Source of the DNA: a virus
Taxonomy: Duplodnaviria; Caudoviricetes
Reading direction: 5' to 3' (one strand)
IMG/VR virus record: IMGVR_UViG_2856626968_000003
Location: 1-64,000 of that record
Length of the DNA: 64,000 bases
Made by a program: the position numbers and the translations under genes. This document shows positions 37,986-45,380 of the stretch, piece after piece (position 1 is the stretch's first letter; each line of letters starts with the position of its first letter). The notes beneath the pieces were generated by a model. That model was given only the letters and a program-made list of their open reading frames with translations. It was not told where the DNA came from and did no database searches.

Positions 37986-38258
37986 ATGCCCCCAGTCCTC
38001 GACGAGCCCCCAGAGCCGGTCACCGTGAAGATCGCAGCGCAGCGGCTCAGGAAACGTCCCGGCACCATCCGCTCGTGGGGCACCCGATACGGCGCCCGCA
38101 AGCTCGCCCAGCACGAACGCTGCACGGTGTACGACTGGCACGACCTGAAGGTCATCGCCCGCCAGGTCGACCTCGGCGAGCCGGTCCCGCAGACCCCCGA
38201 GGAGCGTGACGAGCTGCGCGCGCAGCTGCGCGCCGCCCGCCAGTCCGCCCTCCCCTAG
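37986..38258 (+). CDS. HTH DNA-binding protein
   Basis: VTVKIAAQRLRKRPGTIRSW...TVYDWHDL. Confidence 0.7.
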   Translation: MPPVLDEPPEPVTVKIAAQRLRKRPGTIRSWGTRYGARKLAQHERCTVYDWHDLKVIARQVDLGEPVPQTPEERDELRAQLRAARQSALP

Positions 38259-38413
38259 ACGGCGCGCCGCCCAGCCCCCGCGGTGACGCGCCTTCGCTGC
38301 GCCGGTCCATCCCCCCGGATCGCCGTGGCCCCACCCCGGTACGGCCCGGCTCGTTCTGCACTAGGGCCGCAGAGCGCCGGGCCGTACCACCCTCCCGGCC
38401 CTGGAGAACGCGC

Positions 38414-38746
38414 GTGGAAGACAAGCTCAACGACATCGAACGCGACAACCTGCGGAAGGTCATCAGCAGGCTCGTGGACATCATCCTGTGCGTAGCCGCC
38501 GTGGCGGCAGCTTGCACTGCGGCTGCGATCTGGTTCGGCGAGTGGCGCGTCGCTGGACTCGCGGCCCTGACGTGGCTCGGCGTCGTCGCGCTGTTCCTGC
38601 TGGCGTGTTACCTGGCCCATCCGGGCAGCGAGGCATCGCTGGCGAAGCACCTTCGAACCGCTGAGCGGGCGAAGAAGGCGAAGGAAGACCAGCGGCGGCG
38701 TCACGTTGAGACCCCGGAACGTGGCCTGTCTGGCACGCAGAGCTGA
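38414..38746 (+). CDS. Membrane protein (2 TM)
   Basis: Hydrophobic segments; GGAG RBS. Confidence 0.65.
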   Translation: MEDKLNDIERDNLRKVISRLVDIILCVAAVAAACTAAAIWFGEWRVAGLAALTWLGVVALFLLACYLAHPGSEASLAKHLRTAERAKKAKEDQRRRHVETPERGLSGTQS

Positions 38747-38749
38747 CCG

Positions 38750-38944
38750 GTGGCCACGCGGTTGACCGCCCAAGCCGTCGGCGAGGTCGCCGAGTGGATC
38801 CGCCGGTGGCGCGGGCCGGACCTGCCGGTCACAGTCGACGCTGGGCCGACGATCGTGCTCCAGCAGCAGCACGGGCAGTTCATGGTGTTCGAGGCTGACG
38901 CCGTACGTCGGCTCGTCCTGGAAAGGAGGCCGATCGGTGGCTGA
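38750..38944 (+). CDS. Hypothetical protein
   Basis: Operonic ORF. Confidence 0.5.
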   Translation: MATRLTAQAVGEVAEWIRRWRGPDLPVTVDAGPTIVLQQQHGQFMVFEADAVRRLVLERRPIGG

Positions 38945-39221
38945 GGAGATTGGCGCCATGCCCCGCCCAGTCGGGCCCGCCCTGGTCTACGTCTCCGAAG
39001 GCGTCGGCTGGACGGCCACTGTGATCGACCGTGCCGACCTTACCGCCATGCCTCCCCGCGATCGCGCTCTCTGCCGGGCGCTGCTCAAGCACGCGCTCGG
39101 TGCCCTGGACGCCCTTGATGAGACCCGGCCGCGCCTGGTGCTCGACAACTACTACGAGGTGCCGAACGGCAGCAGCGCTCGGACGGCCGAGGAACTCAAC
39201 TTCCTCACCCAGCGACGCTAA
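38937..39221 (+). CDS. Hypothetical protein
   Basis: AGGAGG RBS. Confidence 0.6.
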   Translation: MAEEIGAMPRPVGPALVYVSEGVGWTATVIDRADLTAMPPRDRALCRALLKHALGALDALDETRPRLVLDNYYEVPNGSSARTAEELNFLTQRR

Positions 39222-39237
39222 GACCTGGGAGGTCACA

Positions 39238-39438
39238 GTGTTTCGCCGTGGTCTGGCCCGGCTGCTTCGCGCGGCCGCCGACGCGCTCCACCCCAACCCG
39301 CCCGTGGCGCACTACGACCTCACCGGCAGACGGATGGACCTCCTGATCATCGACGACCTACCCTCGCAGGACTTCGCTGCTGGCTGGCCTATCTTGGACC
39401 GCCTCTCCCGGCCGCCCGCCAAGGAGGAACCCCTGTGA
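39238..39438 (+). CDS. Small hypothetical protein
   Basis: GGAGG RBS before GTG; coupled to the next gene. Confidence 0.5.
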   Translation: MFRRGLARLLRAAADALHPNPPVAHYDLTGRRMDLLIIDDLPSQDFAAGWPILDRLSRPPAKEEPL

Positions 39439-39755
39439 CGCGCTCCGGGCCGCCCACCACCGGCACCATCGTCCGATATACCGGTAAGCACGGTCTCAAC
39501 GCCATTCGCGCCGCGATCGTCACCGCCGACGTGCGCACCCTCGACCCGCGCGGCGTCGAAGCCGGACAGGTCCCCGCACTGGACTCGGAGTGGCACTTGC
39601 ACCTGTGGGTCTACACCCCGAGCGAGGCCCTCGGCGGCGGCTTCGCCGAGTTCAACGTCCCGTTCGGTGACGAGCCAGGCATGTGGCACTGGATGCCCGA
39701 GGAGCCGGCGTACAAGGACTGGGACAACGAGCCCATGTCCAACCGGGACGTCTGA
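39435..39755 (+). CDS. Conserved small phage protein
   Basis: PTTGTIVRY...RAAIVT...HLWVYTP...PGMWHWMP pattern; AAGGAGG RBS. Confidence 0.7.
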   Translation: MTRSGPPTTGTIVRYTGKHGLNAIRAAIVTADVRTLDPRGVEAGQVPALDSEWHLHLWVYTPSEALGGGFAEFNVPFGDEPGMWHWMPEEPAYKDWDNEPMSNRDV

Positions 39756-39766
39756 TAGACACCGCC

Positions 39767-40159
39767 ATGAACCAGACGGACCCCCGAGTAGCGTTCATCG
39801 AGGCTCGCCTCGCTGAAGACGAGCAGGAAGCCCAGCAGGGGTACCTTCTCGTCCCGACGCTCCAGGATGTGAGCAGGCCGAAGAGCGAATGGCCTCGCGT
39901 GCCGGGCGCTCATCCAGATCAGCGCATGCTCCACGAGATCGAAACCAAGCGGCGGATGCTGGCCGAGATGATCCCCATCCTGAACGATCTCGACGAGATC
40001 GCTTCCAGCCAGGGCCTGGCACCGAGCGATCCGAGGCGTCCTGGCGAGTACCTGAGAGAAGACAGCGACCCGGTCGCGTACCTGCTCATGTTGCTCGCCC
40101 AGTCGTGGTTCGGCCACGACGACTATGCCGCCCTGTTCCCGGGGAGCGTCCATGCCTGA
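39767..40159 (+). CDS. DUF6221-like protein
   Basis: AFIEARLAEDE...RMLHEIETKRRML...LLAQSWFGHDDY. Confidence 0.75.
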   Translation: MNQTDPRVAFIEARLAEDEQEAQQGYLLVPTLQDVSRPKSEWPRVPGAHPDQRMLHEIETKRRMLAEMIPILNDLDEIASSQGLAPSDPRRPGEYLREDSDPVAYLLMLLAQSWFGHDDYAALFPGSVHA

Positions 40160-40327
40160 CAACCGCGCGCGCGTAAGCGTGAGATACGCGCCCTGATGGC
40201 CGAGACGGGCCTGAAGTACACGCAGGCGATGCGAGAGCTGGACCGGCGACGAGAAGCGGCGGCACGCGAGCAAGAGGCCGCAGGCCTGTCGTCGCCTCCT
40301 CCTCTCTCTGAGGAAACGCCCACCTGA
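40152..40327 (+). pseudogene. Small gene with an apparent 2-nt insertion in a CG run
   Basis: Removing one CG at about 40165-40172 restores MPDNRARKREIRALMAETGLKYTQAMREL... Confidence 0.5.
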
Positions 40328-40505
40328 GGGTCCTTGCTGCTGTACGGTCTTCTCTCAGACGGCTGGCGGCGGAGTGTCCGGTCATGGTTCTTCGACCGCC
40401 AGGCCACAATGGTCCGCGCACGGCAGGTCAAGAGGCTTTCAACGCAGTCACACTCGCCTGCCGTGCCCGGCCAGGCTCCCCGCTACTCGCTCGCTCCCGG
40501 CCTGC

Positions 40506-40775
40506 TCAATCCGCGACACCCTCGACGAACCAGCCCCGGGCGCCGCGCTGGACGAGCTCGACCTCGGCGGCCCGCAGCCTGCGCGCCACTACCTGGTAGT
40601 GCCGGACTCGCAGCTCCTCCCAGGGCTTGCTGGCGTTCTCTGGTGTCCACCATGGTTCGCTCTCCTCCCAGTAGAAGAGCACCTCCTCCACCTGGTAGGG
40701 GCGGTTCCACGCGACGAACATCACCGGGACGCCCTCGGTGAGCCGTACCTTCGCGGGTTCTTGGTAGCGCCGCAT
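40506..40775 (-). CDS. DUF6504-like protein
   Basis: MRRYQEP...PVMF...YQVEEVLFYWEESEPWW...WFVEGVAD. Confidence 0.7.
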   Translation of the reverse strand: MRRYQEPAKVRLTEGVPVMFVAWNRPYQVEEVLFYWEESEPWWTPENASKPWEELRVRHYQVVARRLRAAEVELVQRGARGWFVEGVAD

Positions 40776-40917
40776 ACTCGAACACTCTCGAACATCGCTC
40801 ATGAATGCCAGCAGGCGCCCGGGCCGGGCTCCCACACGGTGCGTCCGCTGACGCCCGGACCCACCTCGACCCCGGACTGAGCCGGCCTCGCGGCCACCAA
40901 CCCCCAGGGAGGCCGCC

Positions 40918-42096
40918 GTGACCGACTACAACCTCTTCACCGGGAACGGCCCCAACACCTCCGACGCCGACGCCTCAGTAACCGCAGGCGTCGAATGGAA
41001 GACGACCCGATCCGACCTTTACCTCAAGGGCTATCGGGTCTACCGCGGCGCGACCGACGTCGACTGCTCCGACGTCGCCACGTGGGCGCACGACGGCGGC
41101 ACCATGCTGCCGAACTCCCAGACCGCATTCACCCCAAGCGGCACTGGCTGGCAGACCGTCACCCTAACCACCCCCTACCCGGCGGTCGCGGCCAATACCC
41201 GATACGTCACCGGTGTGCTGTTCACGTCGCACTACACCTCCACCAGCGGCTACTGGTCCTCAGGTGCCGGGGCGAGCGGAATCGGGGACGCCAACCTGTC
41301 GGCGCCCGGCATCAACGACAGCGCCGGCGGACAAGGCAAGTACGTCGCGGGCGCGACCCTGGCCAGGCCCGTCACGAACGCGAACGGTCTCAATTTCTGG
41401 GTCGAGCCGATCTTGAGCGACAGCGACGGCTCCGGCGGCGGCGACCCCGGCCCAGACCCCGAAGAGGTCGGCACTGTCGCCGCGCAACTGGTCGGATCGG
41501 CGATCGTCGACGCGTTCTCCGGCAACATCGACTGGGAGAACGGCACCGTCGTCGCCACCCTCCACACCGCCGAGTGGACCCCGAACCTCGCCACCTTGTC
41601 CCGGGTCTCCGATCTGGCCGACGAGATCCCCAGCGGGCATGGCTACGTCCAGGGCGACGGCGAGCCTGTCGACGGCCGCACCTCGACGTTCGTCCCAGCC
41701 GCCAACCTCACCGCGCGCGCCAACACCACGGCGTACGCAGTCGGGGACCTGCGTCGGCCGGCCAGCTCCAACGGCCACGTCTACCGGTGCGTCACCTCCG
41801 GCACCTCGGGGTCCAGCGCGCCGACCTGGCCCACCACATCCCTGTCCACGGTGACCGACGGCACGGTCACCTGGATGGAGTGCGGCCGCGGCGTCGCGAT
41901 CCTGGGCTGCGACCTCGTAGCGTTCGGTGGCATCTCCGGTGAGGCGCTGTACCTGGTGATGTCGGACCGCACCGCGACCGACCCCGCCGACCAGCCGGTC
42001 ATCCTCGTGGTCCAGTTCGAGAGCCCGCAGTCCGGGACGACGCAGTTCGATTTCGAGCCCGCCGGCGCCGGGCTGGTGCACTTCCCGGTGTTCTGA
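40918..42096 (+). CDS. Virion/minor tail protein with DUF4082-like carbohydrate-binding domain
   Basis: GVEWKT..., SGTGWQTVTLTTP, NFWVEP; ANTTAYAVGD...NGHVYRCVTSGTSGSSAPTWP...DGTVTW module. Confidence 0.7.
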   Translation: MTDYNLFTGNGPNTSDADASVTAGVEWKTTRSDLYLKGYRVYRGATDVDCSDVATWAHDGGTMLPNSQTAFTPSGTGWQTVTLTTPYPAVAANTRYVTGVLFTSHYTSTSGYWSSGAGASGIGDANLSAPGINDSAGGQGKYVAGATLARPVTNANGLNFWVEPILSDSDGSGGGDPGPDPEEVGTVAAQLVGSAIVDAFSGNIDWENGTVVATLHTAEWTPNLATLSRVSDLADEIPSGHGYVQGDGEPVDGRTSTFVPAANLTARANTTAYAVGDLRRPASSNGHVYRCVTSGTSGSSAPTWPTTSLSTVTDGTVTWMECGRGVAILGCDLVAFGGISGEALYLVMSDRTATDPADQPVILVVQFESPQSGTTQFDFEPAGAGLVHFPVF

Positions 42097-43070
42097 TGCC
42101 ACTCAAGCTGATCACCGGTTCGCGCCTCGGCCGACTACGGCCGCGATTCCCGACCTCGGCCACCACCGGCCCTGAGGCGTGGCCAGGCTGGACCGGGAGC
42201 TACTCGCAGACGATCGAGGGCGACGACCTGATCATCCACGAGGGCGGCACCGCGGAGAACCCCCGGGTGATCTCCGGCATCCACATGATCGGCGGCACCA
42301 TCCACACCGCCCCTGGGGTGCAGCACCTGCATATCGTGGGCTGCTGGGTGCAGGGCTGGCAGCCCGGCCTCGGCGGCGTCAACCTCTCCTACGGAGACAA
42401 CTCCGACTGTCAGATCCGTTACTGCCGGATCTCGGCGCTGTCGAACGACGACAACACCCCCGAGTCCTACGACAACACCCGGCTCAACTACGGCATCAGG
42501 GTGTTCGCCGACGACCTGCTCATCGAGCGGAACGAGGTCTTCTGGGTGCCCGACGGCATCCAGATCGCGGGATCCCGCAACATCATCCGCGACAACTTCG
42601 TTCACGACGTGACGTTCTGGGACGACGGCCAGGGCGGCGTAGGGGCTTCGCCCGGTGGCGACCACAACAACTGCCTGCTCCACAACGGCGGCACGGTCAC
42701 CGACCTGACGATCACCGGCAACGCCTTCATCCTGAACCGCCGCGGCGCCGGCATGATCCAGACGGGCGCGCTGAGCCTCCAGCAGAGCGTGGAGTTCCCG
42801 GGCCAGTACGAACGCGTCGAGGTCTCCAACAACCTGATCGGCGGCGGCGGGTACGCCATGTACTCGGGTTATGAGCCGGGCAAGGAAGGCAACAGCCCCG
42901 GGACCGAGTTCGTGGTCACCAACAACCGGTTCCTCACCACCTACTTCCCTGGCGCCGGGAACTTCGGGCCGGCCACGGCCGCGCAGCCCTGGGGCGTGAA
43001 CGGCAACCTCTGGCAGGGCAACCGGTGGTCCGGCGGCCTCCGCGACGGCCAGCTGGTGGACGCCCCGTAG
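42096..43070 (+). CDS. Right-handed beta-helix (pectin-lyase-like) protein
   Basis: Repeats LLIERNEV, DGIQ, IIRDNFVHD, LTITGNAF, VEVSNNLIGGGGY, VVTNNRF. Confidence 0.75.
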   Translation: MPLKLITGSRLGRLRPRFPTSATTGPEAWPGWTGSYSQTIEGDDLIIHEGGTAENPRVISGIHMIGGTIHTAPGVQHLHIVGCWVQGWQPGLGGVNLSYGDNSDCQIRYCRISALSNDDNTPESYDNTRLNYGIRVFADDLLIERNEVFWVPDGIQIAGSRNIIRDNFVHDVTFWDDGQGGVGASPGGDHNNCLLHNGGTVTDLTITGNAFILNRRGAGMIQTGALSLQQSVEFPGQYERVEVSNNLIGGGGYAMYSGYEPGKEGNSPGTEFVVTNNRFLTTYFPGAGNFGPATAAQPWGVNGNLWQGNRWSGGLRDGQLVDAP

Positions 43071-43083
43071 AGGGGAGCGCGTC

Positions 43084-43569
43084 GTGACCATCATCCGCCA
43101 GTCCTCGCCCGCCTTCGCCCTCACGATCACCCCGGACGCCGGGCTGGAGACCCAGTCCATCAGCGTCTTCGGCTGGCCCGCGCTGGTCCTGGCGATCGGC
43201 CCGCCCGGGTCGCTGACGACGGCCGGAAGCGACGAAGCCGTCGCCGCGATCATCCGCCAGACCGCGCCTGCGCTCGGCCTGGTGCTCGGCGAGCCCGGTG
43301 CCCTGCTGATCGCGGGCGCGCCCGCGGCCGCCGTCGTGATCCGGCAGAGCAGCCCCGCCTTCGCGCTGGCCCTCGGCGGAGCCGGCACCGTGCTGGCGAT
43401 CGGCCAGCCGACTGCGCGGGTGGTCATCCGCCAGTCGACGCCAGCGTTCGCGCTCGCGCTGCCCGGCCCGGCCGGGACGCTCGAGACGGCGAGCCCGCCA
43501 CCGCTGGACATCAGGATCGTCATCGGCGCGCCGCGCCGCCGGTGGGCCGCAGGCCGGGTGTGGGCGTGA
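43084..43569 (+). CDS. Protein with four IRQSxPAFAL repeats
   Basis: Internal repeats IIRQSSPAFAL / IIRQTAPALGL / VIRQSSPAFAL / VIRQSTPAFAL. Confidence 0.65.
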   Translation: MTIIRQSSPAFALTITPDAGLETQSISVFGWPALVLAIGPPGSLTTAGSDEAVAAIIRQTAPALGLVLGEPGALLIAGAPAAAVVIRQSSPAFALALGGAGTVLAIGQPTARVVIRQSTPAFALALPGPAGTLETASPPPLDIRIVIGAPRRRWAAGRVWA

Positions 43570-43588
43570 GTCGGGGCGGAGGTGCGCC

Positions 43589-43894
43589 GTGCTGCAGAAG
43601 CGCATCCCCGCCGGGTCCAAGGAGTTTCTGCATCTGGACTTCGACGTCGCACCGGGGAACATCACCTCGCTGCCGGTGGAGATGGCGATCACCGTGTACC
43701 CACGGGGCCCGGTCGACGCGGACTGGGCGGACGCCGAGTGGACGCCGAGTGCGGCTCCGCCGGCGTCGCGCCTGCTGATCGGTCCTGGGTCGTCACGGCC
43801 GCTGGGGCGCGCGACGTACTGCGTGTGGGGCCGGGTGACGGCGGCGCCGGAACTGCCGTTGGTCGAGGCGCCGTGGGTGCTCACGATCACCTAG
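43589..43894 (+). CDS. Small Ig-like phage tail-associated protein
   Basis: DWADAEW...LLIGPG...YCVWGRVTAAPELP pattern; GGAGG RBS. Confidence 0.65.
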   Translation: MLQKRIPAGSKEFLHLDFDVAPGNITSLPVEMAITVYPRGPVDADWADAEWTPSAAPPASRLLIGPGSSRPLGRATYCVWGRVTAAPELPLVEAPWVLTIT

Positions 43895-43985
43895 ACAGGC
43901 GGCAAGAACCTCGCGGGCAGCTAGCACAGGTAGGGAGCCGCGGCGCACCCCAGACAATGAAGCTCTCGTCTCTGAGGAGAAACCT

Positions 43986-44372
43986 GTGACCTATCCAGCC
44001 GAATCTCGGGTCGTCTTCGCCAGCTGGACGCCGCCCGATGTCACCACCCTTGTCAAGATGTACTGGGTGTGCGAGCAGGGACACGACGGCATCGATTATC
44101 CGGGCATGCGTACCGTTTGCGATGGCTGCAAACGGGCGATCGTCGTCCCCACGTCGCCGACCTCCACCGACGTTCATGAGGTCAGCGACGGTGTAGATGC
44201 CCTAGATGCCCGACGAGAGCGAGACCGCGCCGAGGCGGCCATCAAGCTCGCCGAGCACATGCTCAGCAAGTTCACCGAGGAAGGCGTTCACAACGGAGTC
44301 ACCTCGTATCCAGCAGGTGGGTCAGCGCGGGCGGAGTCGAGAACGGGTGGCGGGCGCAGCTCGCGGCGTTGA
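43986..44372 (+). CDS. Hypothetical protein
   Basis: GAGGAG RBS; CxxxH...CxxC. Confidence 0.5.
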   Translation: MTYPAESRVVFASWTPPDVTTLVKMYWVCEQGHDGIDYPGMRTVCDGCKRAIVVPTSPTSTDVHEVSDGVDALDARRERDRAEAAIKLAEHMLSKFTEEGVHNGVTSYPAGGSARAESRTGGGRSSRR

Positions 44373-44580
44373 AAGGCGCGCCGACGCATTGAGCGATGTC
44401 TTTACTTAGGGCGACCGCGGGCACTGGGCCCGGATTGCTCGCTCACGCGTGTACGAGTAGCCTCGAGGCCTCACGTTCGTCCTCTGGTGTGGACGAGAGC
44501 GGCTCCCTGTTGGCGCGGGGAGCCGTTCGTTTTGAACGGCCCCGTCGGCTCGTTGTTCAACGGGCTGGCCATGTGAATAC

Positions 44581-44603
44581 GAAAGCCCCGCCGGGGCGGG
44601 GCT
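44581..44603 (-). terminator. Intrinsic terminator
   Basis: AGCCCCGCC/GGCGGGGCT stem followed by Ts on the minus strand. Confidence 0.55.
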
Positions 44604-44616
44604 GATCAGGGGCGGG

Positions 44617-44895
44617 TCAGTCCTGGCATTCGCGGCGGTATCCGTACTCGGCCTCGCGGCCGATCGGCGGGCCGCCTCCCCAGCACACCCCGCTGGGCAA
44701 CATGGTCCCCCGCCCTTGTAGTGCACCCAGGACCCGATCGAGTGATGCGGCGAGCTGCAGCGCGGCCTGCTCCTCCAGGTCGAGCTCGGCGGCCGCGCGC
44801 CCGTCGGAGGGCGCGGTGCCGTCGACGTCGTCCCAGAGGGCCAGGAGCCGCCGGGCACCGGCGGGCGCCGGGAGGTCGCGGGTCGGGTTGTCCAT
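44617..44895 (-). CDS. Hypothetical protein
   Basis: GGAG RBS; follows the DUF6011 gene. Confidence 0.6.
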   Translation of the reverse strand: MDNPTRDLPAPAGARRLLALWDDVDGTAPSDGRAAAELDLEEQAALQLAASLDRVLGALQGRGTMLPSGVCWGGGPPIGREAEYGYRRECQD

Positions 44896-44909
44896 GATCT
44901 TCTCCAGTC

Positions 44910-45257
44910 TCAGGCGGCCGCGAGGATGGTCAGGGCGGCGCGGTGGTAGCAGGCCCGGTTCTTGATCCCGGCGGGGCAGGTGCATGCCTGGCGGGCGACC
45001 AGGTAGGTGGTGTTCCCGTCGCCGCTCACCGCGGTGTAGAGGTTCGGGCGGCGGGTGCGCAGGATGCCGCCCTGCTCGATGAGCTCGGTGGCCTTGGCGA
45101 TCTGGGCGGGCTTGAAGTCGGTGAGGTCGGCGGTCTTGGCGGCGCCGCGGATCTTGGCGGCGCAGCCGGGGCCGTAGCCGGTGGCGATGCTCTTGGCGCT
45201 GGTGAGAGCGCGGTGGCAGCGGCGGCACTTCGCGGGGTCTACGGCGGTGGTGGTCAT
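44910..45257 (-). CDS. DUF6011 plus SWIM Zn-finger protein
   Basis: CRRCHRALTSAKSIATGYGPGC and CTCPAG...CYHRAA. Confidence 0.8.
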   Translation of the reverse strand: MTTTAVDPAKCRRCHRALTSAKSIATGYGPGCAAKIRGAAKTADLTDFKPAQIAKATELIEQGGILRTRRPNLYTAVSGDGNTTYLVARQACTCPAGIKNRACYHRAALTILAAA

Positions 45258-45273
45258 TCCCGACTTCCTAACG

Positions 45274-45334
45274 TTGTCCTTACATATGGACGACGTTAGC
45301 TCAACCGATAAACATTGTCCATACATACGGACAA
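45274..45334 (-). promoter_or_regulatory. Tandem operator pair TTGTCC-N8-GGACRA (copy 4)
   Basis: Sites at 45274-45293 and 45315-45334, 41 bp apart. Confidence 0.85.
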
Positions 45335-45380
45335 AGAAAAAAGAGGGGGGTCGGCCGGCCCAGACCCCGGCAGGGGGGCC

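Noticed and set aside
40778-40795. LexA/SOS box upstream of the DUF6504-like gene
   Set aside because: It is a TCGAACA direct repeat, not the GAAC-N4-GTTC palindrome
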